Assembly (NCBI GenBank): GCA_043799385.1
Contig: JAZDNV010000027.1
Location: forward strand, 1-27,187
Direction of reading: 5' to 3'
DNA: 27,187 bases
Source: Candidatus Aenigmatarchaeota archaeon
GTDB lineage: Archaea > Aenigmatarchaeota > Aenigmatarchaeia > GW2011-AR5
Of this stretch, positions 7,313-16,022 are shown one piece after another. The notes under the pieces are model-generated. The model had not been told where the DNA came from and ran no database searches. It was given only the letters and a program-made list of their open reading frames with translations. The position numbers and the translations under genes were made by a program. Positions within the stretch are counted from its first letter, which is position 1, and each line of letters opens with the position of its first letter.

Positions 7313-8260
7313 TTATTTCATTTTCGGGTAAATTCCTTTCTGAATAATCACGCGATCAGTCTTCGCAGCGAGTCCGCTTCGCTTCATCATCTCCTCGCTG
7401 GTCATGTTCGATTTTGCCAGGGCGATTAATTCTCCTTTCAGCGAGAGCAGCGCAACTAAATCTTCTTTTTCAATCCCTTTCTCAATTCTGCTGATGCCTT
7501 GCGAATAGAGCGGCGAGCCATCAACGATTGTGGCAATCGCGGAGTCTTTGACTATTATCTTTCCGGTGTGCTCTATCGCGGCTTCGACCGGCAGAACGTA
7601 TTCGCGTATTCTTTCGTCGCCGCTGCTCTTCCAGAATTCGTAAGAATCGACTAAATCTTGTATTTTCACTGACATGCTCTCATCGAATCTGCCAACTCTT
7701 GTTCTTCTCAATTCGCTCATGTGCGCGCCGCCAGTCTCACGACCAATCTGGTGGCAGATAACGCGAATATACGTTCCTGCCTCGCAGGATACGCGAAATA
7801 AAACATCTTTGCCTTTTCTCTCAAGCATTTCGAATGAATGTACTTTGCGCGTTCGCTCTTTTCTGGCTACAGCGCTTCTTCGTGGCGGCGTCTGCCTTAT
7901 CTCACCCGTGAATTTCTTTATCACTTTCGCCAACTCGCTATCGCTGACGTCTTTGTGCAGATGCATTATTCCTACGTACTCTTTGTCCAGTTTCTGCAAT
8001 GCCGGAATAACTTTGCAGGCGTTTTCTAAAGTAATCGGCAGAATTCCTGATACGCCTGGGTCGAGCGTGCCGCTGTGACCGGCGCGACTAAGGCCAAAAA
8101 TCTTTTTTACAGTCGCAGAGACGTCGTGGCTAGTTGGACCGCACCACTTGTCTAAAATCACCAAGCCGTTCTTGATTAATTCTTCAACAGAACGAGAACC
8201 CGGGTATTTTCCATACTCCATTATTGCTATGTCGTTTGATTTTACCAGGAATTCTTTCAT
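7313..8260 (-). CDS. cbf5: H/ACA RNA-guided pseudouridine synthase Cbf5 (TruB family)
   Basis: DK..GPTSH, GHSGTLDP, KEYV..M.LH, CEAGTYIR, M.ELRRTR and a C-terminal PUA domain. Start at ATG 8260 (ATGA overlap with the upstream gene). Confidence 0.95.
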   Translation of the reverse strand: MKEFLVKSNDIAIMEYGKYPGSRSVEELIKNGLVILDKWCGPTSHDVSATVKKIFGLSRAGHSGTLDPGVSGILPITLENACKVIPALQKLDKEYVGIMHLHKDVSDSELAKVIKKFTGEIRQTPPRRSAVARKERTRKVHSFEMLERKGKDVLFRVSCEAGTYIRVICHQIGRETGGAHMSELRRTRVGRFDESMSVKIQDLVDSYEFWKSSGDERIREYVLPVEAAIEHTGKIIVKDSAIATIVDGSPLYSQGISRIEKGIEKEDLVALLSLKGELIALAKSNMTSEEMMKRSGLAAKTDRVIIQKGIYPKMK

Positions 8261-8940
8261 ACGCTTATCTTCATCAATTTTCTTAATAAAAGCATGACTG
8301 GTATTGCAATTATGAAATACCAAGGAAACCATCCTAGATTACTTCCAACCAACGGCAGCGGCAGCGGAGTGAATGCACTTATTCTCATGAACTCTATCCT
8401 TTCTGGGCTGCAAAAGAATGATAAAAATAAGCAACTGTGCCCCTTGTACGATATCAGCCACTCTTTGTTGTCCATATTTTTAACGCACGGCTGACTGCAG
8501 TTATCAGTGATGCCGTTCTTTATCATTATCGCATCTCCGTTTCTCTGCAAATTGTAGACAACGCCACTCATGTTCAATTCTCCCTTGTTTTCCTTCAAAA
8601 CAACTGCATGGTCTCCGTATGAACCTATCAACCATGGAAAAAGCAATATCACGATTACCATCGAAGCAAGCATGGGTTTCATCGACATCTGCATCTTTTT
8701 GCTGTTCTCGTGCATTGCCTCCTTGAACAGCTTGTTCATCCCTTCCATGTTGCCTTTCTTCTGCTCCTGCTTCGCCCTGTCATTTATTTCTTTCACGCGC
8801 TCATTGATTCTTTTTACTTCATCTTGGTTCATGAGGAATTTGTAAGGGATATTAATCAAAAAGAGAACTATGAAAGCAAATATCGCTATTGCAAGAGACG
8901 AATCTAAAGTAAGCAGCGGCGAGAAAAGAAAATCAAGCAT
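8257..8940 (-). CDS. EMC3/TMCO1 (DUF106) Oxa1-superfamily membrane insertase
   Basis: TM1, charged coiled coil, SMKPM-TM2 and C-terminal LGW..WY TM; this family commonly lies near cbf5 in archaea. Confidence 0.82.
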   Translation of the reverse strand: MLDFLFSPLLTLDSSLAIAIFAFIVLFLINIPYKFLMNQDEVKRINERVKEINDRAKQEQKKGNMEGMNKLFKEAMHENSKKMQMSMKPMLASMVIVILLFPWLIGSYGDHAVVLKENKGELNMSGVVYNLQRNGDAIMIKNGITDNCSQPCVKNMDNKEWLISYKGHSCLFLSFFCSPERIEFMRISAFTPLPLPLVGSNLGWFPWYFIIAIPVMLLLRKLMKISV

Positions 8941-8944
8941 CGCA

Positions 8945-9226
8945 TCACTTTTTGAACTCTATCTTTTTTATTCTGTATCCTTTGCCAATCGTGTGCTTTT
9001 TCTTGCATTCCTTGCAAACATAGCGGAAATCCGTTTTCTTGGTCGGCTTTTCCCTGCCCTTTGGGTTCTCCTTCGGGAAAGAGCCATAACCGGCGAGCTT
9101 GCGAAGATATCGTCTCTGCCCTTTGCTCGTCTGCCTTCTGGGCTTTCTTTTCGCTTCTTCTACTGTGTGTTCCGTGTGTTTCTTGCAGAACGGGCAGTAT
9201 CTCTTCTGGACTTTTGGTATTATCAT
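8945..9226 (-). CDS. rpl44e: 50S ribosomal protein eL42 (L44e)
   Basis: PK....YCPFCKKHTEH, GQRRY.RKL.GYG..P, KPTKK, CKEC. Confidence 0.97.
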   Translation of the reverse strand: MIIPKVQKRYCPFCKKHTEHTVEEAKRKPRRQTSKGQRRYLRKLAGYGSFPKENPKGREKPTKKTDFRYVCKECKKKHTIGKGYRIKKIEFKK

Positions 9227-9747
9227 TCTTCTATCATCTCCAAAACACCCTGCTCCAACAGCAAGTCGTTGACCTGCTTTGGAATCGAGTCTATATCCAA
9301 ATTATCATTCTCTTTTAGGTTGTATACCTTTAAATCTGGACCTACGAACGCTGGAATGCTCTTCTTCACCCTATAGAATATCCTTTTTTCATTTGTTTCC
9401 TCCTTCTTCAGTTCGAGAAATGTTTTTTCCCGAAATTTCTTAAGCTCTTCCAGCATGAAATAAAACAAATGCTCTTCGCTCTTCATGAGATTCTCAGGCG
9501 GAAGCGCGGTTCTTGCTGTGTAGAGCAGCGAATCCATGAGCTTTCTTTCGCGAATTTCAAAAAGACGTTTTATTGTGTTCTTTACGTTTTCCATCTCGAT
9601 CATCTCCCGCGAGCTTTTTTCCTTTACCGCCTCTTTCTTGCGAAGGTAATCATTAAGCTCTTCGATGAGATTATCAGGCAATTTTTGCATCTTGCCTTCG
9701 CTGCGTTCAGCACGTTCAAAATCCCGAATCTTCTCGAAGGTGAGCAT
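9223..9747 (-). CDS. gins15: DNA replication GINS complex subunit (Gins15/Gins51 family)
   Basis: ER...MQKLP, LFEIRERKL, ENLM.SE, IPAFVGPDLKVY.L...D; lies between primase and L44e as in the conserved archaeal cluster. Confidence 0.85.
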   Translation of the reverse strand: MLTFEKIRDFERAERSEGKMQKLPDNLIEELNDYLRKKEAVKEKSSREMIEMENVKNTIKRLFEIRERKLMDSLLYTARTALPPENLMKSEEHLFYFMLEELKKFREKTFLELKKEETNEKRIFYRVKKSIPAFVGPDLKVYNLKENDNLDIDSIPKQVNDLLLEQGVLEMIEE

Positions 9748-9788
9748 AATTAGAAATAAGGACGAAACTATTAAAACATTAAAATGTC

Positions 9789-10052
9789 ATGATGAACATG
9801 GATTACGTAACTATACTCGGGCTGGTTACTGGTGCTCTGGCAACAATATCGTTTTTGCCACAGGTGATAAAGGTCTGGAAAACCAAGTCCACAAAGGACA
9901 TCTCTCTTGGCATGTATCTTATTTTTTGCACAGCCAGTTTTCTCTGGATAGTGTACGGAACACTCATAAACAGCATACCTGTCATGGTCACCAATATAGC
10001 TATTCTGATTCTGGCACTGATAATCCTGGCTTTCAAACTGAAATATAAATAA
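9789..10052 (+). CDS. SemiSWEET / PQ-loop family transporter
   Basis: Three TM helices; LG...G.L.T.SFLPQVIK.WKTKSTKDIS, LW..YG, P....N. The start may be ATG 9798. Confidence 0.92.
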   Translation: MMNMDYVTILGLVTGALATISFLPQVIKVWKTKSTKDISLGMYLIFCTASFLWIVYGTLINSIPVMVTNIAILILALIILAFKLKYK

Positions 10053-11387
10053 TCATATATCTGAGCCGTGCGTTCTGCCCACATGGATGTCAAGGCTCTT
10101 TCTCGTTTTGAACGCTTTGTCGCATTTCGCGCACTTGAACAGCGGACTCTTCCACTCTACCTTCTTTTTTTTCATAATGCGGAAGGGATAGGTCACCGGA
10201 TTCTTTATGCCTCTGCAGTATTGATCGGGTTTGCACAAGCCAATGTCAATATAATACATGTTGTTGCTGCAATTCGCCGGCGGAGTGCTCTCTCTCTTCT
10301 CGTGATAGCGTATCGTCGACAGAACTATGCTGTTGGGCAATGTGGATTTGTTATTTTCATTCCACTTGAATATTCTCTCCTGTATCTCCTGCGGAGACCA
10401 GTTCATCATCCTAAGGAAATTGACCAAAGTGAAAATGCTGCGCTTTCTTCCATCTGACAAGCCTCCTAAAATTAATTTAATGCAAGGCGGGAAAAGTTCT
10501 TCATCTATCTTCTTGTCCCAGCTTATTATTCTCTTCGGCTTTGCCTTTTCTTCTTTCATCATCATGGCGTTCCAGTCCAGCGCCGCAAGAAGGAGCGACT
10601 CGGCTTCGTTCTCCTCGCCTCTAAAAAATACTTCTGCTACCTTTACTTTTTTCGGGTTCGCAGATTCGATTGAGAAGTTTTTCAGCTGCTGGAAATTTAT
10701 CGGCAGCGAGGCAAGCCATGTCTTCTCGTTTAGCGAATATGGCGCGCGGAAAAGGTGGCGAGAGCCCCAATCTTTTTCGACCTCGACAAAATAGTACGGG
10801 TCGAGCTTGTCCGGCGGCTCCTCTAAGATGCTTAGCAGCTCCTTAGCGCTCTTTCTTCTTATAAGCTCGCGCATCAAATCGTCGGCGATGCTGTTCCTTA
10901 TGAATGCCGCGATTATGCGCGGTATTTTCGGGTATTGCTTTGCGAATGGCGTAAAATCTATCTCTTTCGGAAACATCTCGTTCGTCAGGCAGATGTGAAA
11001 GCCGCGGCGACCTGAAAATTTTATTCCGTAGTTCCTTATCCCGTAACGCTCAAGAAAATTGCATATCATCGTCGCCGTGAGCTGCGCCTCATCGATTCCG
11101 ATTTTTGAATCAATGTCAATAACGATGTCGAATCCTTTCCTCAACTGCTCATAATTTTCGTTCGTCAGCTGCATGACGTTCTTCCATTTCTCGACAGAGA
11201 TATGAAATGAAGTTATACCTTTTTTTGCCATCTGCACGATGTCGCTAGGGTATTGGATCATGTTTGGCCGCGAATCATAGCTGCCATCGAAATAAGCACC
11301 GACTACTTCACGGTCCTTTGAGTTCTTGACAAGCTCGTTGATTATATCCTCTCTTGAGTAGTATTCAATGATTTCTTGCTTGTTCAT
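10053..11387 (-). CDS. Fused DNA primase PriS-PriL with a C-terminal C2H2 zinc finger
   Basis: PriS motifs DIVIDID, KFSGRRGFHI, RAPYSLNEKT; PriL-CTD Fe-S cysteines FPPCI, PPANC, GLC..., YC..IKNP; terminal FKCAKCDKAFKTRKSLDIHVGRTH. Confidence 0.9.
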   Translation of the reverse strand: MNKQEIIEYYSREDIINELVKNSKDREVVGAYFDGSYDSRPNMIQYPSDIVQMAKKGITSFHISVEKWKNVMQLTNENYEQLRKGFDIVIDIDSKIGIDEAQLTATMICNFLERYGIRNYGIKFSGRRGFHICLTNEMFPKEIDFTPFAKQYPKIPRIIAAFIRNSIADDLMRELIRRKSAKELLSILEEPPDKLDPYYFVEVEKDWGSRHLFRAPYSLNEKTWLASLPINFQQLKNFSIESANPKKVKVAEVFFRGEENEAESLLLAALDWNAMMMKEEKAKPKRIISWDKKIDEELFPPCIKLILGGLSDGRKRSIFTLVNFLRMMNWSPQEIQERIFKWNENNKSTLPNSIVLSTIRYHEKRESTPPANCSNNMYYIDIGLCKPDQYCRGIKNPVTYPFRIMKKKKVEWKSPLFKCAKCDKAFKTRKSLDIHVGRTHGSDI

Positions 11388-11416
11388 AAAATTACTTCGG
11401 TATAAGAAATTAAAAA

Positions 11417-11851
11417 CTACTTGACGAGCAGCTTTGCTGTCTCTATCGTGTATTTCCAGCCCTTTGGTAGTTTTCCGCTCCTGACGTAATACTTCACTAA
11501 TCGTCTTATCTTGCTCTCTAATAGCTCGAGGCCGTGCTTTGACGTTGCATCCTTCTTGTTGTCGCTCATGTGGCGGTGCAGATCGACCGCTTTCTTTATT
11601 AGATTATAAAGGTCCTCAGGCACTTCCTTCTTTGTCGCAGCAACGTCCGATATGCGAAAACCGAACTGACGCACGTCCGGGATGCCGTACTGGTCTCGAA
11701 GAATCATTCCTATCTTGCTCGTCGTGTTGTCTTTAGCGAGCTTGAGTATAAGCTTCTCTATCTCGTTCCTGTCGTACTCTACCCAGGTCGCTTTTTTAAG
11801 CGGCTTGTTCGAGCCGTGCTTTCCGTGTTTTCTTGAATGCATTCTTGCCAT
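11417..11851 (-). CDS. rps15: 30S ribosomal protein uS15 (S15/S13e)
   Basis: MARMHSRK.G..GS.KP, IG.ILRDQYGIPDV, PEDL..LIKKA, ESKIRRLVKYY. Confidence 0.97.
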   Translation of the reverse strand: MARMHSRKHGKHGSNKPLKKATWVEYDRNEIEKLILKLAKDNTTSKIGMILRDQYGIPDVRQFGFRISDVAATKKEVPEDLYNLIKKAVDLHRHMSDNKKDATSKHGLELLESKIRRLVKYYVRSGKLPKGWKYTIETAKLLVK

Positions 11852-11852
11852 A

Positions 11853-12440
11853 TTATCGTTCCCTGTATCTTCCTCTTTTTTCTATCTCACTTAATGTTTT
11901 AATAACTTTCCCAGCCTCGCTATATTCCTCGCTGTAAACTTTTAATATTGTCTTCCAGGCATCATCCAGAACGGCGAAGTGCGTTGATTCCAGCGCCTCG
12001 TGCAGAAGATGCAAATCGATTGCTTTATCCTCGGTGCGCTTGCTGAAAAAGGCAAGTCCGAAGTCGATAAAGTATAAGTCATTCTTTTTGAGTATCATGT
12101 TTGAAGTCGTCAGGTCTCCGTGAACGATGTCATAGCTGTGTAATCTTGCCACGGCAATTGCGATTTTCTCGGAAATCTCTATGCAATTATTTTCATTAAG
12201 AACCTCTTTGACCAGCTCACCGCCGATGAATTCCATCTTTATCTCATAGTTGCCTTCAGCGATGACCTGGGGCACGTTGATAATTCTTCTCGCAGCGCGA
12301 AGAATATTGGCTTCGGATTTCGTTCTTTTTTTCCTTAACCGCTCGTCTATTTCCGCGATGCGATAGCCTTTCTTTATTCGTTCCTTTACCAATGCATCCC
12401 CTTCCCTACGAAGCATCGCCTCAGCGCCTTGTGCAATCAT
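11853..12440 (-). CDS. bud32: KEOPS complex kinase/ATPase Bud32
   Basis: QGAEA, KERIKKGYR...D..LR..RT..EA, HGDLTTSN, IDFGL, EDKAIDL, RGRY. Confidence 0.95.
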   Translation of the reverse strand: MIAQGAEAMLRREGDALVKERIKKGYRIAEIDERLRKKRTKSEANILRAARRIINVPQVIAEGNYEIKMEFIGGELVKEVLNENNCIEISEKIAIAVARLHSYDIVHGDLTTSNMILKKNDLYFIDFGLAFFSKRTEDKAIDLHLLHEALESTHFAVLDDAWKTILKVYSEEYSEAGKVIKTLSEIEKRGRYRER

Positions 12441-12500
12441 GATTTAAATTATAACAGAAGTTTTTAATCATAATTCATCCATATTAGTAAGGTGATGTAT

Positions 12501-12704
12501 ATGCCAATCGTGACAATTGAGACATGGCCGCTTGAAAAAGAAAGTAAATCCGAGATTATCAAGAAGATTACAAACGTATTCACTGATATGGGCATGCCTG
12601 CCCAAGCGGTTACCGTTGTTATAAATGAGATACCATTGGAGAATTGGGGCAGCGGCGGAGAGCAGCATTCCGTGAAATTCAAGGACTTGAGAAGGCAGTT
12701 ATAA
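12501..12704 (+). CDS. 4-oxalocrotonate tautomerase family protein
   Basis: MPIVTI (catalytic Pro1), AVTVVINEIP.ENWGSGG; GGTGA SD motif at 12491-12495 supports ATG 12501. Confidence 0.9.
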   Translation: MPIVTIETWPLEKESKSEIIKKITNVFTDMGMPAQAVTVVINEIPLENWGSGGEQHSVKFKDLRRQL

Positions 12705-13256
12705 TTTAAATCTGCGGATGACCTTGTACCAAACGGCAAAAAGGATTATCCATGTAACCGCGTAACCGAAAAACGCGTACAGGGATGTCCAGCCGTTCGT
12801 GTAAATCATCATTTTGTTAACTATGAGCAAATATTCTCCCAGGGCGCCGAAGAAGCCGAAAATCAGGACTTCAAAGAGCATATAGACCTTGTCAAACTTC
12901 AGCGGCAGATGCATTGCCCAGGCAAAACCGCCGATAAACGTAAGTGCGATAATTTCAATAGGCACAGATATGACAGAAAATATGCTCTGGGGACTTGTCC
13001 ACAGGCCGGAATAAAAGCCCAGATTCTCCACGATGAAATCAAAGACCATCAAAAACACGCCAAGAAGCAACGCATACTTTATCATATTTCTTTTCTTTGG
13101 TTTGGCGATCTCGTAGCCAAGCCATACGGATGCAAGAACCACTAACGTTGCATAGGTGAGCAAACCTGCGTTCGGCGTCAGGAACCAGAAAAATACGCCG
13201 ATGAGCGAGAATACAATGGCTTTTATAACCAAAGCTTTAGTCTCCCTGTTTTTCAT
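12699..13256 (-). CDS. Hypothetical integral membrane protein (about 6 TM)
   Basis: 185 aa hydrophobic ORF with an apparent internal repeat (E.L....GLW / E.L....MM.Y). Family not securely recognised. Confidence 0.7.
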   Translation of the reverse strand: MKNRETKALVIKAIVFSLIGVFFWFLTPNAGLLTYATLVVLASVWLGYEIAKPKKRNMIKYALLLGVFLMVFDFIVENLGFYSGLWTSPQSIFSVISVPIEIIALTFIGGFAWAMHLPLKFDKVYMLFEVLIFGFFGALGEYLLIVNKMMIYTNGWTSLYAFFGYAVTWIILFAVWYKVIRRFKL

Positions 13257-13322
13257 GCGTATTATTTGTAAAAATGAGTATAAAAATATTATTTATCATA
13301 GTTTTATTGCGATCACTGCATC

Positions 13323-13355
13323 GAAAAGCTTTATATACATAATATATTGTATATA
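13323..13355 (+). promoter_or_regulatory. Putative BRE/TATA promoter with an overlapping inverted repeat, upstream of the RHH-smc operon
   Basis: GAAAAG followed by TTTATATA (13330-13337); inverted repeat TATATACA-N8-TGTATATA at 13332-13355. Confidence 0.5.
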
Positions 13356-13374
13356 TTTAATATATCGTGAGCTT

Positions 13375-13548
13375 ATGGAAGAATTCACAACCATCAGGGT
13401 AAGCAAGAAAAACAAAGAGCGGTTGGATGAGATAGGCAAAAAAGCTGACACGCACAACGACATAATTTCTCGATTAATGGACATAATCGAAGAGGATAAA
13501 ATCGATATAAATAACGTGAAGAGGAAGAAGCATGGTTCGACTAGATAG
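13375..13548 (+). CDS. Small ribbon-helix-helix-like DNA-binding protein (57 aa)
   Basis: 3' part of track ORF 13156..13548 from ATG 13375: MEEFTTIRVSKKNKERLDEIGKKADTHNDIISRLMD; TTI.VS...K.RL..IG....T..DII.RL is the archaeal RHH/antitoxin-like pattern. Overlaps the smc start by 17 nt. Confidence 0.8.
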   Translation: MEEFTTIRVSKKNKERLDEIGKKADTHNDIISRLMDIIEEDKIDINNVKRKKHGSTR

Positions 13549-15907
13549 GATAACGATGACTGGTTTCAAGTCGTTCGCCGGGAAGGTCACGATACCGTTT
13601 CCGTCCGGCTTCAACTGCATATGCGGGCCGAACGGCTCTGGCAAATCGAACATCGTGGATGCAATTACATTCGTTCTTGGAACGACATCTGCGAAAAGCA
13701 TACGAGCCGCGAAACTGCAGAACCTTATATTCAACGGCGGAAAGGACAGAAAGCCTGCCGATTATTGCGAAGTCATCCTGTATATAGACAACAGCGATGG
13801 AAAAATACCTGGCTGCGAAAAAGATGTCAAGATAACCAGGCGCATCACCAGAAGCGGGATAAGCGTTTACAAGCTGGATGGAAAGACTGAAACAAGGAAC
13901 AAGGTCTTGGATTTGCTGGCGAACGCAAATCTCTCGCCCGAGGGCTACAACATCATCATGCAGGGCGACATAACACGAATAATAGAAATGAACAACATGG
14001 AGAGGAGAGGGATAATAGACGATGTCTCAGGCATAGCCGAGTTCGACGAAAAAAGAGCGAAGGCGACAAGTGAATTAGAGAAAGTTGAGACACGCGTCAG
14101 AGAAAACATGATAGTTGTAGCAGAGAAGCAGCGGCTGGTCGCGCGATTAAAGGAGGATAAGGAAAACGCCGAGAGATACAAGGTTTTGAATGATAAGCTG
14201 AGGAAATCAAAAGCATCGCTGCTGCGGAAAAGAATAGTTGAAATCGAGACAAATCTAAAAAAACTGGACAACGACATACAGGAAGGCACGACCAAGCTCG
14301 AATCAGTTGACAGGAATTTTATTGATATAGAGAACCGCCTTGATTCCACAGGCAAGAGCATCTTAACGAAGAGCGATGAGATTGTCAAAAAGGCTCGCGA
14401 CTACGAGTTAATCAAAAAGATAGACGGCATCACTACAGAGATACTCAGAAAGCGCGACCGAATAGACATGAATGAGAGAGAAATAAAGAGATTAGAGATA
14501 CGCAGCCCGGTTGTAAAAGCAGTATTGGATCAAAATCTGCCTGACATATACGGTACGGTTTCTTCTCTGGTGAAAGTACCAAAAAAATACACGATTGCAA
14601 TAGAAGTTGCGATAGGCAACCACAATAATGACATAATCGTTTCAAATGACAGCGTTGCAGAAAACTGCATTAAAATGCTGAAGGAAAAGAAAATTGGTCG
14701 TGCGCGATTTTTGCCGCTGAACAAGGTAAAGGGCGAGAAGAAGAAAGGAAACGAACTTTATGCCATCGATGTGGTAGAATTCGACAAAAAGTATCAGAAT
14801 GCGATAGAATACATTCTCGGCAGCACTGCAATCGCTGACGATATCGGAAAGGCCAGGAAGCTCAGCGGTCGCATCGTGACGCTTGATGGTGATTTAATAG
14901 AAGCGTCAGGAGCAATGCTTGGCGGTTTTTACGAGAGAAAATTCTTCGGCGCAGAACGGTTCATAGAGGAGAATGAAAGACTGAAGAAGGAAATTGCCGG
15001 GCTTGAGGAAGAACTAAACAAACTGAAGGAAGAAGAAAAAACGACGATGGATGAGATAAATAAACTTGAGGATGAAAAAACAAAGGAGAGCAAGGAAGTT
15101 GAAGAATTGCGAATGAAGAGAAGCCAGCTCTATGAAGAAAAAATACTGCTGCAGGGTAACATCAGCAAACATAAAATAGAGAGCGCAAGGATAGAAGCAA
15201 GCTACGAGAGCATAAAAATTGAATACGGAGAATACGATGATGTAAAGGACTTCTACGAGCTCAGTTTGGACAAACTGCAGGAGAACGTGAGAACGTGCAT
15301 AACAGAGATAAACCAGCTCGGTCCGATAAACATGAAGGCCATTGACGAGTACCACATAATAAGCTTTGAGTTTGACGAACTCAAAAAGAAATTAGATAAG
15401 CTACTGGAAGAGAAAACGTCGATAATGAACGTCGTGCATGAAGTTGAGAAAAAACGTTATGAAAAATTCATTGAAACTTTCAACGAGATATCCAAGAACT
15501 TCTCGAGAATATACACAGACCTAATGAACGGCTTCGGCCAACTACGATTAGAGATAGAAAACAACATAGACTCAGGCCTTGTGATTGAGGCGAGCCCGGC
15601 TGGAAAAAAGGTTCTGAATCTGGATGTTATGTCGGGCGGTGAAAAAACTATGACGTCGCTTGCGTTCCTCTTCTCAATACTTGAGTTCTACTCGGCGCCG
15701 TTCTACATCTTGGACGAGATGGATGCGGCGCTCGACAAGGCAAATGTAAAAAAGATTGTAAGCCTGATGAAGAAATACTCAAAGGAGCGTCAATTCATAG
15801 TTATAACGCACAATGACTTCACGATACAAGAAGCGGATAAAGTCTTCGGCGTATCGATAGAAGACGGTGCGTCAAAAGTCTTCGGAATCGAGATGCCTAA
15901 AGAGTGA
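13532..15907 (+). CDS. smc: Chromosome segregation protein SMC, short-armed (791 aa)
   Basis: GFKSF, Walker A GPNGSGKSN, Q-loop IIMQG, hinge (YGTV...GRARFLPLN...VTLDGD...SGAMLGG), LGPINMKAI, signature MSGGEK, Walker B FYILDEMDAALD, QFIVITH. Confidence 0.95.
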   Translation: MVRLDRITMTGFKSFAGKVTIPFPSGFNCICGPNGSGKSNIVDAITFVLGTTSAKSIRAAKLQNLIFNGGKDRKPADYCEVILYIDNSDGKIPGCEKDVKITRRITRSGISVYKLDGKTETRNKVLDLLANANLSPEGYNIIMQGDITRIIEMNNMERRGIIDDVSGIAEFDEKRAKATSELEKVETRVRENMIVVAEKQRLVARLKEDKENAERYKVLNDKLRKSKASLLRKRIVEIETNLKKLDNDIQEGTTKLESVDRNFIDIENRLDSTGKSILTKSDEIVKKARDYELIKKIDGITTEILRKRDRIDMNEREIKRLEIRSPVVKAVLDQNLPDIYGTVSSLVKVPKKYTIAIEVAIGNHNNDIIVSNDSVAENCIKMLKEKKIGRARFLPLNKVKGEKKKGNELYAIDVVEFDKKYQNAIEYILGSTAIADDIGKARKLSGRIVTLDGDLIEASGAMLGGFYERKFFGAERFIEENERLKKEIAGLEEELNKLKEEEKTTMDEINKLEDEKTKESKEVEELRMKRSQLYEEKILLQGNISKHKIESARIEASYESIKIEYGEYDDVKDFYELSLDKLQENVRTCITEINQLGPINMKAIDEYHIISFEFDELKKKLDKLLEEKTSIMNVVHEVEKKRYEKFIETFNEISKNFSRIYTDLMNGFGQLRLEIENNIDSGLVIEASPAGKKVLNLDVMSGGEKTMTSLAFLFSILEFYSAPFYILDEMDAALDKANVKKIVSLMKKYSKERQFIVITHNDFTIQEADKVFGVSIEDGASKVFGIEMPKE

Positions 15908-15912
15908 TAATA

Positions 15913-16004
15913 ATCTTTGCACAAAAAATGATGGACATCTGTATGATGTCCATCGATGGTAGGCTATCGTCGCAAAGACGATAGCCTGGTTTTTGTGCAA
16001 AGTT
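15913..16004. mobile_element. MITE-like element, copy 3 (92 bp, inverted relative to the others)
   Basis: TIR ATCTTTGCACAAAAA / TTTTTGTGCAAAGTT; flanks GTGATAATA (15904-15912) and GTGATAAGG (16005-16013), 7/9 match; two perfect hairpins GATGGACATC-TGTAT-GATGTCCATC and AGGCTATCGTC-GCAAA-GACGATAGCCT. Confidence 0.82.
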
Positions 16005-16022
16005 GTGATAAGGACGATTAAA

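Noticed and set aside
13532..15907. smc as a truncated pseudogene
   Set aside because: Single open frame with both head halves and the hinge intact and both arms shortened to a similar degree.
15993..16022. Track-predicted N-terminal extensions of scpA, cbf5, purO, the RHH gene, the cupredoxin and the FNR-like gene
   Set aside because: They run into the repeat element, promoter-like DNA or the upstream gene; downstream ATGs fit family N-termini or start/stop overlaps better.
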